From Curvularia clavata (Eukaryota), in the NCBI GenBank assembly GCA_023920165.1, contig CP089277.1:2294001-2358000 (forward strand): a DNA stretch of 64,000 nt. The letters run 5' to 3'. How positions within the stretch are numbered: the stretch's first letter is position 1; the number at the start of each line of letters is the position of its first letter. The position numbers and the translations under genes are program-made. The notes below the pieces were generated by a model, which was not told the DNA's origin, did not search any database, and saw nothing but the letters and a program-made list of their open reading frames with translations. Shown here piece by piece: positions 1 to 12,378 of this stretch.

Positions 1-1765
1 ACCTGCGTCAATGATCTGGCCTGGTGCACTCGTCAACGTGGGTTTCTTGTATGCTCTCCATGACCATCGCACAACTGACCCTACAACCACCAATGGGTGG
101 TCTATCTCACGATACCGTATGTTCATGTATGTTATGGCCGGTATGTTTATCTGGTCTTGGCTGCCAGACTTTATCATTCCTGCATTCAGCTACTTCGCCT
201 GGGTCACTTGGATCAAGCCCAACAATGTCATCGTCAACCAGCTTTTTGGGCAGAGCACTGGTCTCGCACTCGGCTTCCCGTTTACTGGATTCACTCTCGA
301 CTGGTCACAGATCAATTCCTTCTTCAACAGCCCTCTCCTTAGTCCGTGGTACGCACACGTGAACACTTTGATCGGTGTTGTTTTCTTTGTTTGGATCGTT
401 GTCCCAGCATTGAGCTTTACCAATACCTGGTACAGCGACTACGTGTCAATCTCGCAAAACAGCATTCTGGACAACATGGGAAACATCTATAACACCTCTA
501 AAATTCTCACCCCAGAGCACATTGTCGATCCTGCCAAGTACGAGGCTTACTCGCCTCTATTCTTGTCCACTACTAATGCGCTCAACTATGGATTGAACTT
601 TGCCAGTATCGCTGCACTAATCAGTCACACCTACCTCTTCCATGGTTCTGAGATCTGGCGTCGCTGGAGGTCCTCAGCCGGTGAGATGGACGATGTCCAC
701 ATGAAGATTATGCGAAAGTACAAGATGGTACCTACTTGGTGGTACCTTGCGCTCCTCGCTGTCATGGTAGTCTTTGCCTTTGTATCGGCACTCGCTTACC
801 CTACTCATATGGAATGGTATTCTGTCATTCTGTCTTTCGTCATTGCGGCTACATGGACTATTCCCATCGGTATCGTCCAGGCCTTCACCAACATCCAAAT
901 GGGTCTCAATGTATTCACTGAGTTCATCATCGGTTACGTACAGCCAGGCCACCCTATCGCCATGATGATGTTCAAGACATTCGGCTACATCACTATGACT
1001 CAGGCGCTATACTTCTGCCAGGATCTTAAGATGGGTCACTACATGCACGTTCCCCAGCGTTCGCTGTTCGCCGCACAGTTTGTCGCCACCATCTGGTCTT
1101 GCCTTTGCCAGCTTGCAACCGTTGAATGGGCTCTGGGCGCTATCAAGAACGTCTGCACCCCGAAGGCAGCTGGAGCATTTACATGTGCCGCCATCAGGAC
1201 TTTCTACAACGCTAGTGTCATCTGGGGTGCCGTCGGTCCCAAGCACTTGTTCTCTGGAGACTCGATCTACAAGAACCTTCAATGGATGTGGCTCGTGGGC
1301 TTTGGTGCTCCTTTCTTGGTCTATGGAGCTGCCCGTATGTTCCCCAAGGTCAGCTTCGTTCGCAAAATCAGTATGCCACTCATCTTCGGCTCTCTGGCTT
1401 ACGTCCCTCCGTACACCCCTTTGAACGTGGTAAGTTATCAGAATGCTCTTTCTGGCTGAGAAAATAAACGACTAATTTAATTACAGCTTTCATGGGTTCT
1501 GTTCGGCTACATCTTCAACAAGTTCATCCGTGACAGGTACCGTGGTTGGTGGATGCAGTACAACTATGTCACCTCTGCTGGTCTGGATGTCGGTCTTGCC
1601 ATCTGTGCCATTATCATCTTCTTCTGCGTCCAACTGCCTGGTGCCAGCATGCCTGACTACTGGGGCACCACCATTGTCTCTCAGACGCTTGATGGCGCCG
1701 GATCGGCTGTCCGCAAGGTGGTTGGTGAAGGCGAGTTTTTCGGCCCCAAGGAATGGAAGTGGTAG
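1..1765 (+). CDS. OPT-family oligopeptide transporter (Isp4/OPT1-like), 5' part outside the window; exons <1-1429 and 1487-1765
   Basis: Multi-TM ORF with OPT motifs (MIWP, SPW, YSPLFL, DVHMKIMRKY, QDLKMGHYMHVPQR, WWMQYNYVTSAGLD). Intron 1430-1486 (GTAAGT...ACTAAT...TACAG) joins the two ORFs in frame. Confidence 0.93.
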
Positions 1766-2897
1766 GGGTTAGATGATGAGATGTCTTGCGCGATGATATC
1801 TATGTATAATGAATTTGAGTCTCTGTCAGTTATTTAATGTGACGATCATTAAGACATGTGACTGATGGAAGTTCATTGTCTGGAAAATTTGATGAAAATT
1901 TCTAAGCTCTTTCAGATCCACGATTTTTGTTCTGGGCAGTATAATAAGCGCTAACAATTGGCTTCCAGACTTGTTCGCAAACGAGCACTACTAAGCACTA
2001 GGTATGCCAAAACAATGTTGCGGATGTAATATTGAGGGATAAACTTCTGGGTAAAACCTTGTTCACCTGTGGCCACGTGTAGGAGAAAAATGTGACGGAT
2101 TCAAGGCTCTAACCTAACACTTTCCAATCCAAGTAGGACCGAGCCGGTATCTTGCGCGACTCATCAACCTAAGCACCTCAACACCGTTTCAAATGAAGTA
2201 GAGGAATCTACTAAAATTTTCAACTAGTGCTAAATTACTACTAGGGGTGACATATGGTGCTAAACTGTTCATCTCTACATTAATTCTTCGCACACGTGAC
2301 AAAAAATGCTGGGTCGTCCACAACATGGTGAAACATACCAGCATGGTGAGAATAAGTTTGATCATTCGCATTGAGGTAACTATTCTTCGTTCTTCATTCT
2401 CTCTACCACTATGATCCGCCTCCCAAAATTCTGCACAATAGTTAAAACCGAGCATGCATACTCCATGCCGATTCCTTAGGTGTCTCGTTCAACCATCTTC
2501 CCATATGCCACGCCGTCTTCCCTTCCCTTGAACCCGAATCCCCAGATCCTTGGGTGATCGTCTTTTTGCACATCAGTTCTAAGTTGAAGGAAGGGTTTGA
2601 GCCGTATGCGCACCAGCGTGTAGTTCTCAGAAGAAGTCGTACACCCGCCGTGCCTTGCAGCATGGCCGCTATTAGCTTGATCACTCGACTGGAGAGTGGA
2701 TGAACTCGTGGAAGAAGTGGTGTGTTTTGTTTCGCGGCTCTGCATCATGAACAATGAAGGGAAAACGTGTGGCACGATTTTCGAGGGGTTAAGCTATGCA
2801 CTCAAAAGGAAGTATAATTGGATATGTTGATTGCTTAGGTATTCATATGCTACCATTTTATATCATTCCGTATCTAAATCGCATGGTTGATATGAAG

Positions 2898-3141
2898 GGC
2901 CGCCAATCTATGTGATGGCTTCTCCGATTGGCGGCCACAGTGTTCGTTCAGGTGAGGCGTTGAGGATTGACGAGGGCTGAAAACGAGACTTGGTACCGAT
3001 TGGCGGCCACAAAAATATTGTTCTAGAAATATCGTTGTCATTGGAGGCCGCATCATTGTTGTTGGATGACTGTTGTTTAGATGAACTTGATTGGTGGCCG
3101 CAGTACTTCTGCGATTGGTAGTATTCGTTAATAGGAGCCGC
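2898..3141. promoter_or_regulatory. Cluster of CCAAT-containing repeats, consensus ATTGGNGGCCRC
   Basis: Copies at 2898 (reverse), 2926, 2998, 3039, 3089; weaker copies at 3113 and 3130; the same motif recurs at 7725. Confidence 0.55.
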
Positions 3142-3643
3142 AAATATGGATAACTAAAGCTTCCATCTATGACATCAGAAAATCTTCAACGCTATACTCG
3201 GAGCCAGAATAGTTGCTTGAACGGTACATTCAATCCAATAGGATATATCCAGGGCCTGAAACAAGCGTATTGTGTCTATAAGTAAGGGCACGCACACTGA
3301 CTGGGAGCTGCGAATGTTGGCAAATACAATGGAAGTATTGTTTTTGATTAAAACAAAAGAAAAAAACTTTCAAAGACTTCCAAGAAATTTTGAAGGGTTG
3401 AAGAGTGTGATCAGCGTTTTTGGCGATACCACACCGCAGTCTAGCCAACGTTGGCAGGAGGAAGCGATTGGATGAAAAGCCAGGCCGCTGCACAAAGCTG
3501 AGCCGCAGCTCAGCCTTGTTGGAGTTTCCTACCGTGATTCAGTCACTATGAAAGCAGTTCCTCAACGCTTATTTCAGATTCTAAGAAGCATCTTACGCGC
3601 CACATTTTAACCTATATTCAAGAAAAAGAAGAAGAAAATCAAC

Positions 3644-5237
3644 ATGTCGGTGCAGTCGCAAACGTACACTTTCTACCACTCGAGAGGCTCGGAGACGCCT
3701 CTTCTCAGCACTCAAACAAAGCTACGAAACAGTTCAAAATTCAAGCTCTCTCTATCATCAAAATCAACAAGCAATTCTTTCAAGAAGGCATGGGGTTTGA
3801 TTAATGATCCTCCTTCTCGAAGGGGATCCGCTTATTGTGTTGACGAGTTGTCCGTATCTTGTCCAGCTTCTCAAAATCTTGATGAACCACGTGTTCCATT
3901 CGGGACACAATCTATGTTCGGTTGAGATTCACAGATAGTCGTTTATGATCTTGCATTTGGCGAGTCGACATGGGATTCGAGTGATAATCGCAGCATCATC
4001 TCAGCATGTCAACAAGCAGGTACTAGTAAACTCGAGGATCTGCACATAGATGAACAACCTTCTTATCAAACTCTGAAGAATAAGAGAAGGCAAAAGGTGC
4101 TCATGTGTAAGAACCCAGTTTATGGGAGGACCTGGAAAAGATCCAAGCAACAAACAGAGCCTCCAAAACTTAATACCAATTCCACGATGGCAGGGGCAGT
4201 GCCCGAGCCTTTGAACGAGCCCAGGACCAACCTTCTTCGCCAACCTAGCACCAACGGCATCACATATCAGCATGCCGTTCATGGTCAGTTGTCGTTGAAG
4301 ATTTGGAAATGCGCAGGCGGAAGAAGCAAATCCTGGAAGCGACCCCCGCAAAGCAAAGTGCCGAAAGAAACGTATGGACATCAATTACGACGAAACCCGA
4401 TCATATTTGAGTATCTGTTTTCAAAGCCTCTACTCTGCTTCCCAGTTGTGTTTCTGCGCTCTCAGGCAACCAATAAGTCTCTAGGGCTACGTTATGTAGT
4501 GAGGCGTCAAGAATCCGATCCTATACCGAAGCGACCAAGACAGTATGATCCACATGTCCACAGCTTTGAAGAAGCCCCTAGGATGGCTCTCAATCAGCAC
4601 TATATCACAAAATTCGCCCGAGACACCGAGATCCGAATGTCTGGAGCTACGATGATTGAGGATTTCTGCCAAGAGCCAGCCAGTGCATTCATACGACTTA
4701 CTTGGAAGGACAAGAGCTTGATAAACGGAGTTGGGCAACTCGACCGGTTCCTGTTAACTGTTCTTATCTTCCCTAAACAGCTGGTGTGTTACTGGGTTTC
4801 TTCGAAGCGAGAACTGTGCAGATGTTCATTCGCTAAGGAATGCTCTGTTCGCTCTTTCATTATTCACGAAGGAATCATCTCAGGAGGCCCATGTCTTCTT
4901 ATATGAGTACCATTGCAACTGTGTTGTTTACTCCAGGCGTCTAAGAAGTCGTATGTTACAAAATGAAGACTGTCTGGACAGTTTCTTGTATGGGGCCAGA
5001 CACGTGATTGTGATGAAAATACAGAGAAAGCCTATTGAGTTCAAACTGCGTAACATCAAGGAAGGGTTTCCAATACTCGTTGATCAAGATAAGTGCATGA
5101 ATCAAGTAACTCTGCGACGTCGCCATCTCTGCGGCAAGCTGGGTTTTGCAGCAGTTGCTGGAAAGAAATGGCTAGGCACTGATTTTGGCTATCAAGCAAT
5201 GCCGATATCTGCAGGAAGATTCGCGTTAGAAAAATAG
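3644..5237 (+). pseudogene. Possible degenerate gene of unknown function
   Basis: ORFs 3644-3925 and 4097-4906 share one frame, interrupted only by TGA at 3923-3925. ORF 4953-5237 follows in another frame. No recognisable domain. Confidence 0.3.
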
Positions 5238-5872
5238 TTGGAGAGCATTAAAAAGACCCGATCAAAGAAGGCCTAAAAGCAAGGAGACAGACGGATCGCA
5301 GAGAAGTTACGCAGTACCAAGGTACAGGGAGCGAACAGAGCGTTCGTGGAAATCTATGACAGGTCGGAATATAACGCGCACATCGTGTGCGAACAGACCT
5401 CGCAGCTTAATTAGCAGATCAGTCAAGTCAATTATAGCCTTTCTTTTTATAGTAACGCCCAAGTGCAATACATGCCAACTCAACTAGCATACGATCATGC
5501 AGCTTCTTATCTTCATAATATTCTAGGCACCAAAAGAGAAAGTATTCAGATATTTGTAGATTCAGAGCACAATTGTACTTGGGATAAATACAATTCATAA
5601 CGTTTCCCTTCCTCCAGAATCTCTCGCTCGATGTATCACGTGCAGCTTCACCACCATCCTTGTCAGGTACAAATAGTGTGCTATCTGACTCGTTGATGGC
5701 GACTAAAGAAACCAGTATCGTAATCTAATTCCTATAATGATTGCCAACGAAAGAATAGTCTGTACACTCGAGTTGACAGCTCCAACCCTCGATACTTGGA
5801 TGAGATAACGCGCGTATCGTCTTGAGGATAAAATGACAAAATACCGCCCAATCACAAAATAAAATATTCTCC

Positions 5873-5950
5873 AGCCAGGCTTGGAGATAATCAATCCAAT
5901 CTCGCGCTATTAGTAGCGCGAGATTGGATTAATTACTCCCAAGTCTGGCT
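5873..5950. repeat. 78-bp imperfect palindrome (possible TIR-TIR transposon remnant)
   Basis: AGCCAGGCTTGGAGATAATCAATCCAATCTCGCGCTA-ttag-TAGCGCGAGATTGGATTAATTACTCCCAAGTCTGGCT; 37-bp arms, inner 17 bp perfectly complementary. Confidence 0.8.
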
Positions 5951-6486
5951 TCAACGTTCAGATTACCCCCCATTTCAGGTGTTCTCTTTTACCTCTTCTC
6001 TCAGATGGAAACGGTAGCGACTCCGTCTCCACACCAATGCAATTATTACTGATGGTAGCTGGTAAAGCGAATGTTTACCTAGGTAGCAACAAGCGTCGTG
6101 AGACAATCAAGTCTTGATGTTTTTTGAGAAGGGGCCCTTCCATAGTCTTCAATGCCCCAAGATACCTTTACGCACCTCTATATACCTAGAAGATTTCAAA
6201 AACCATGATCATGCTAGCATATTCATATTTGTTCTTTCCGACAGAAGTATCCTAAGTAATGATTGGAACCAGACTTAGGAACAATTACAGCACTCAGTAG
6301 GGCTACTAACCGTGAGTAGCCCCACTGAGTACTATGATTACTACCAAGTCTGAACAGAACTCCACCAAGAAAGCGGACTGTGATCCGTAATCCCAAAATA
6401 CAAACTCGCTTCGACTCGCCACTGTAAAAATCTCCGAGGAATGATGAAAAGATAATGCTGAAGTGTGTTCTACAACACGATTCGCC

Positions 6487-7395
6487 CTATGTGCAAGCAC
6501 ATGGGTTCTTGGCGCAAGTTTTGTAGCAATGGTGTCCTGTCTTCGAGGTCCGGAAGTGACGTAAAAGAGAGTCCTTGCGGGGGTACGTCTTGGGCCTGCA
6601 AATGCACGCAAAGCCCATGGCCTGGCGGTTGAATTTCTTGATGGCTGGACAAGCAGGCGACGCGTTATTAGAGCCTAGGTGGCGTTCGAGATCCTTTGCA
6701 TGCTTGATCAACTGTCCACATTGTTTGCATTGAGACGGCGCTCTGCAGCGTTGTCGATTGACGTGTTGATCATGTTGCGGCCTGGTTGAGTACGATTTTG
6801 TGCATGTTTTACACACAAATTTCCCCGACGTGGACTTGATGGCCACTTTGCCGTCTGGAGCGGCTGAACAGGTTTGGCCAGCATCAGAGGGACTTGGTGG
6901 TTGAGAGGCTAGCTTATCCAGAGACGACAGTGAAGATGGACTCGGATAGGCGTTGACGCTTGCGTCGTTGTTCCTGCTGGGTGCTCGTGTGTTTGAAATC
7001 ACGGTAGGAACAAGTTGTTGTGTGCTGCAGGGGGATAGATTTAGAGAGATTCGTGTTTGCGAGTTGTCGGCTAAGAAGTGATCGTGCGCATGCTCGGTAA
7101 GCACACTGGGGTTGATGCAAGTGACGGCGTCGGGAGATTCGGTGCCTGAGGTTCTTTCAAGAACACCCTCGTCCAGAGTACCGAGAGGCCGCGTGTTAAT
7201 AACACTCTCGTCATCGTGTAATTCATCACCCCAATAGCTTGCGGGCCATAGCAGGCCACCTTGTGAAAACTCATAAACACCCTCTGAAAGATCAGGTATC
7301 TGACCATCCACTGGAAAGATCGAGTCGTATTCTGGTTCACTAGGACTAAAAGAAAGGGCTTCTGACGTAAAGAACAAATATGAATATTGCTCTAT
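6487..7395 (-). CDS. C2H2-type zinc-finger protein; start codon missing or non-AUG (possible pseudogene)
   Basis: Acidic/Ser-rich N-half, then FVCKTCTKSYSTRPQHDQH, CKQCGQLIKHAKDLERH and FACICRPKTYPRKDSLLRH fingers. No in-frame ATG upstream of the fingers. Confidence 0.6.
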   Translation of the reverse strand: MEQYSYLFFTSEALSFSPSEPEYDSIFPVDGQIPDLSEGVYEFSQGGLLWPASYWGDELHDDESVINTRPLGTLDEGVLERTSGTESPDAVTCINPSVLTEHAHDHFLADNSQTRISLNLSPCSTQQLVPTVISNTRAPSRNNDASVNAYPSPSSLSSLDKLASQPPSPSDAGQTCSAAPDGKVAIKSTSGKFVCKTCTKSYSTRPQHDQHVNRQRCRAPSQCKQCGQLIKHAKDLERHLGSNNASPACPAIKKFNRQAMGFACICRPKTYPRKDSLLRHFRTSKTGHHCYKTCAKNPCACT

Positions 7396-8700
7396 GCAAT
7401 GATCACTAGGAAATGGTTAGAACTAGCATCATCCAGCAACCCGCTCAACGCTGCTTACTAGTCGTAGCCGGAGATTGCTTAAGCGGCCTCAGATAGGCCG
7501 GTTAAGTAAGGCGCAGTCTTTGTAAGGAGTACTATGCCGAGGCTGAGCAGATGCGGAACCGCAGCGGCGGGGCCGCTTTGTTATCGGGTGTACACTAGAA
7601 ATGATCAAGCGTTTGGACGAAAGTCTAGGAGTTGAGAAACAGATGGAAGAGGGATTGTTGAGGTTATTGTATGATTATATGTTGCTTCCGGAGCGGCTGT
7701 TGGTGTGCCGGTGCGTTCATCTCTGATTGGAGGCCGCAAAAGTCAAAAGGCTGTGCCCGTGATTGGATGCCTCGCAGATGCCTGACGGCTGAAGCCTATG
7801 ATCTGTGTTGACATACGTCAACATTGACCGCTATGCATAGGGTAGTTCGGTCACAGTCTATTACAATAAGTGCAACGGCCTGGGTTCTATGGCAGAGTTG
7901 GTCATATTAGAGTTTTGGAATGTTAAATTAGTGCAATAGAGAATGGGTCACGTGATCCCATCGTGGTAGGCCATGCAAGGCCATGCAAAACCCTCACGAC
8001 TTTCTCTATGGAGTTTCAGATCATTTCATCCACCATTTCGAGTAATTACGGCTCAGTTAGAAAGCAACACATTTATACTGTAACTTCCAACTTCACAATG
8101 CGATTCTTTGGTGCTATCCTCGAACATCATGACTGGCCTCTACTATTCGACGCATGAGTTTTTCATCCAGAAGTGAATGGAAGCGCACGTAATGTATGCA
8201 AAGTCTTCCATGATACGCAGCTGAAGGATTCAGAAGAAGAATTGGCCAAAATTCAGATCAGAGACTCCAATTTTGTAGACAAAACAATGATGAAGAATGC
8301 CATATAAGGGTTGCCTATCTAGAGCGTATCTGGTTCCGAAGGACATAATATTTCCGATGATACAATGTGAAGGGACAAAATCGTGAAGAAGGACCATAAC
8401 AACAACAATAGCTATGGGAATGAGAATGATGTGAAAATGGCCGCGCAACTGAGGATAGCCATTGAGGTGGTAAAAAGGACAAGGCTGCGGAATATACCTC
8501 TGTAGCTACTTCCCGAGACTAGGCGCGGCTACCTGAACACAGGACATGTGGGGAGCTCTTACATCGCATGATGACTGCAGGATCGCGATGTAGGCTAAAA
8601 ATCCAGTATGAAAGGTGCGATAAGCCTTAGTGCCTCGGCTCGAAGGAGTAAACCACGTCCTTCGTCTAACAAGGCATTCCAAAAGTCATCCATTCAGTAC

Positions 8701-8770
8701 AACGAACGAAGCGAGTGAAGCGAGCCAAGCGAGCGGACCGAGCGAACCGAAAGGACCGACTGAACCGAGT
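8701..8770. repeat. Degenerate 9-bp tandem repeat
   Basis: GAAGCGAGT GAAGCGAGC CAAGCGAGC GGACCGAGC GAACCGAAA GGACCGACT GAACCGAGT. Confidence 0.65.
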
Positions 8771-9923
8771 TTAGCCTGCTGCCAAACTTGAACAATATTT
8801 GTCATATACCTATTAACAACCACACTTCTTTATTCTGTATTGGATCAGGGTTTGCACGCGTGGCCTACTGGATATGCGACATATTCCGTCTGCACAGTAA
8901 GCAGTACAAAACATTGGCACGACTAATCCAACACTCGTGGCCGCAAGCAACGGTGCAGATTTTGATGAGTAAACTTGGAGCAATATGCTCAGCTGCACTC
9001 TCTTAGTAAGTGGACATTGCAAAAAGAGGGGAAAAGATCCCTGGAAATTCAAAGTTTGTCTCAGGCCCGAATGTCTTCGGCCTTGTGGTGTATCTGTCGA
9101 ATGGGGCGCTCCGGAACCCTTGCCTTAGGTTACGTCATGGTTTGCGGAGTTCGTACCCACGAAAGTCAAACGTCTTTGCGGCTCTTTGGCTCCACAGTGA
9201 CAAGGCGCTGGCACATGTCAGAGCCCTATCGGTTGTCGGGGAATGGCAAATACGGCTATCCAGATCGATGCAGGATGCTCGTGCCGAGATTGTCCGTAAT
9301 TTTTGCTTGCGTGACGCATTTGTTTTCCTATTGTAATTGCGCAGGATTCAGAGGACGCGGAGCCGCGGAATGTTTAGTCGACAGCCGCCTGAACATTCCA
9401 ATATGCACCCCATATCTTGGTGACATTATGCAGGAAATTAAGCTTACAAAGACAATTGCATTGCTGCGATACTCTGTTAGCTCGGTGCGGGCGGATACAT
9501 GGCTTTGTTCTAGTCCAATTGCGACGTTTAGCGCGCTATTAATGCATCGACAAACGGTCTAGGGTGTGATAGTAGGGCTTGCGGCAAGATGCCAAAAAAC
9601 TCTAGACCCCAAAGAGGGACCCTGGTAAATGATCAATCGGCGACGTCATTCGATCTGAAAGTTTTCCAAAACGTTCTATCTGCGGGCTTTGCAATGGAGA
9701 TGTGTCTTAACTCCTTTTGGGCGTAGCAGATGTAAGAATGAGGAATCTGCTGCTTCATATAAGATGTGGGTTGCTCGCCGTCATTTTCATCATAGCAGCA
9801 TCTCAACCTTTTAACAAATTCGACTTCTCCCAAGGAAAGATACCCAAGCAATTGTCATTTAACTGGACCAATTTCCTATATTGTTTGTTTCAAAACACCA
9901 AGCTTGATACTACAACTATCAAC

Positions 9924-10922
9924 ATGCCTTCTTTCACCGTCTACAAGGGCTCCAAGGAGGGCAAGATTGTCAAGTCGGAGACCACCAAGCCGGACCTCAA
10001 GGACGACCAAGTTCTCCTCCGTATTACCGCCTCGGGACTTTGCGGCACAGATGAGCACTACAAGGAAGCTGATATGGTTCTCGGCCACGAGGGAGTCGGT
10101 ATCGTCGAGGATGTCGGACCCAGCGTCAAGGAGCTCAAGAAGGGCGACCGTGTTGGCTGGGGCTACGAGCACAACTGCTGCGGACACTGCGAAAAGTGCC
10201 TGACTGGCTGGGAGACGTACTGCCCGGAGCGTGAGATGTACGGTATGCACAACTTGGACCAAGGTAGCTTTGGCTCACACGCTGTGTGGCGCGAGGCCTT
10301 CCTCTTCAAGGTGCCAGAAGAGCTCACCGATGCTGAGGCTGCGCCTCTCATGTGCGGTGGAGCCACCGTTTTCAACGCCCTCAACGCATACAAGGTCCGA
10401 CCAACCGACCGAGTCGGTGTCATGGGTGTTGGCGGTCTTGGCCATCTCGCTATTCAGTACGCAGCCAAGATGGGCTGCGATGTTGTCGTCTTCTCTGGCT
10501 CCGACAGCAAGAAGGACGAGGCTATGAAGCTCGGTGCTAGGGAATTCATCGCCATGAAGGGCAAGTCGGAAATTGACATCAGCCGCAAGGTCGATGTGCT
10601 CCTCATCACCACCTCTGTCATGCCTGACTGGAAGCTCATCATCCCTGCCCTCAACTCCAACGCTACGATTTTCCCTCTCACCGTCTCTCAAGGCGACTTT
10701 ACTTTCCCCCAGATGCCCCTTATCACCAGCGGCATCACCGTGCAGGGATCTGTTGTTGCGGCCCGCCAGGTTCACAGGGACATGCTCAGGTTCTCTGCGC
10801 TGCACGGCATCAAGCCCATCAACATGGAGTTCCCACTTAACGAGAAGGGTATTGAAGAGGCTATGGCTACTCTCAGGGATGGCAAGATGAGGTACCGTGG
10901 TGTACTGCTACCACAGCAGTAG
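9924..10922 (+). CDS. Zn-dependent medium-chain alcohol dehydrogenase, cinnamyl-ADH/Adh6-like (probably NADP-dependent)
   Basis: GLCGTD, GHEGVG, structural Zn CGHCEKC..C, APLMCGGATVF, GVGGLGH. ATG at 9924 in ATCAACATG context; strong codon bias; intronless. Confidence 0.93.
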   Translation: MPSFTVYKGSKEGKIVKSETTKPDLKDDQVLLRITASGLCGTDEHYKEADMVLGHEGVGIVEDVGPSVKELKKGDRVGWGYEHNCCGHCEKCLTGWETYCPEREMYGMHNLDQGSFGSHAVWREAFLFKVPEELTDAEAAPLMCGGATVFNALNAYKVRPTDRVGVMGVGGLGHLAIQYAAKMGCDVVVFSGSDSKKDEAMKLGAREFIAMKGKSEIDISRKVDVLLITTSVMPDWKLIIPALNSNATIFPLTVSQGDFTFPQMPLITSGITVQGSVVAARQVHRDMLRFSALHGIKPINMEFPLNEKGIEEAMATLRDGKMRYRGVLLPQQ

Positions 10923-12378
10923 ATTGATGAGTTGAGAAGAATAGGAAAGACGGATGGTAGTGGTAATGTCTGATTGTATTTTGCACGAGATACCGATGAT
11001 AGAGTTTTACGAATTTCATTTGTTGAATGAGTAAGCGCTTTGGACTCAATGAGCGGATTTTACATGATAATAAGTGACATTGTGCGCTCAGTGGTGTGGC
11101 CTTTGCCTTCATAACTGGCTTTTTCAGCTCTCACAGTGTGGTTAAGAAGAACTTGATATCGGCAAATGAATGCGGAGAAGAGTTTGTTGCGAACTGTTTA
11201 ATGAATGTAATCAAACCAGTGAGGCTAGAAAATGGGATTGAACTTGATTTATAGTTCCACGGTCATACACTTGAAGTAGGCTCTGGGCAACACATGATTC
11301 AAGCTTCAATCAATTTAATCTACACGACTTCGTATTGCTGCATATTTAGAAACGATAAGGCTGAGATTCGTAGTAACCAAGCTGTGCAATGACCATGTGA
11401 TGGCTGTTCTTCGGCTTTAACGATACAAACCCGGAGACCCCAAGCCGCCGTGTTCCGAGATTTATTCCACAATTGTTCTACAACACCTTTGCGACTCCAC
11501 AACCCTTACTAGCAAAGAGCTCAGACTATGCGTCGCGGCAGCTAAGGCCTGCAATGGCCGTACAACGGCTGCAATGTCAGTCACCCTGCTCCATGACTAT
11601 TCTACTACGCTTCTGCGCCATTGCGCTCAAAACCAGTGGGCGCTGCTTTTGAGTGCTGGCTAATTGTCAGGCGTCTTGGGCGGACGTCTCTGTGCGTTGA
11701 GCTGAGTCAACTCCAAAAGGTAAATTCTTGTGTTTTAGCGTCTTACAGCAACACTTAGGACGCTTAGACCGTTGGCAAAACAGGCAAGTCGTGTAAGATG
11801 GCTTTATATTGGAGTTTCCTCGCCATGCAAGTTGGCCCGCGAATGGCTTGGCATTAGAGGCGAGTCGTATTTGCACCAGAACAGGCTGGGCACCGTTGAT
11901 TGAATATGAGTTAGTTGGGCAGATGTTGACCAGATACATCACTGTCTGTGGGAGCTGGCTCGGGCCTATTTTAGACTAGGGTCACGTAGCCTACATGTGC
12001 ACAGATGGACACATGTAGGGCGGAGCGTTGATTCCGGCTTGCTGGCATGCTAATAGGCTCCTAGCTTTACTTGAAAAAAATTGTAGGACTGTACAAACGT
12101 CTGAGCTTGATACAAACGCTGACTTGGTCTGTTTGACTTGGCTATCAGTGTCCTAGATCTACGTCGCCTCTTCACCGAGGCTAAAATGTGACATGGACTC
12201 TAGAGCAATATTTCTACGTCCTTTGGATGATACGACACTGGTATATATTTTCCATTCCCCGTCGCTTGAGTATCCGCCTCACCACACATTTGCTATCTCT
12301 GCCATATCTTGTTATTTTAGTACCACACTATTTTGGATACCATCGTCTCTTACAAGTATTCGGCTTCAAATTGTCGCC

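Noticed and set aside
2898..3141. CRISPR-like array
   Set aside because: Eukaryotic DNA; repeats are only ~12 bp, with irregular spacing and mixed orientation, and there are no cas genes.
8975..9562. 195-aa ORF upstream of the ADH
   Set aside because: Non-ATG start, no codon bias, no recognisable motif.
9717..9923. N-terminal extension of the ADH ORF
   Set aside because: Starts at a non-ATG codon and is UTR-like; codon bias and family similarity begin at ATG 9924.
11991..12018. 9-bp inverted repeat CTACATGTG/CACATGTAG
   Set aside because: Short enough to be expected by chance in 64 kb.
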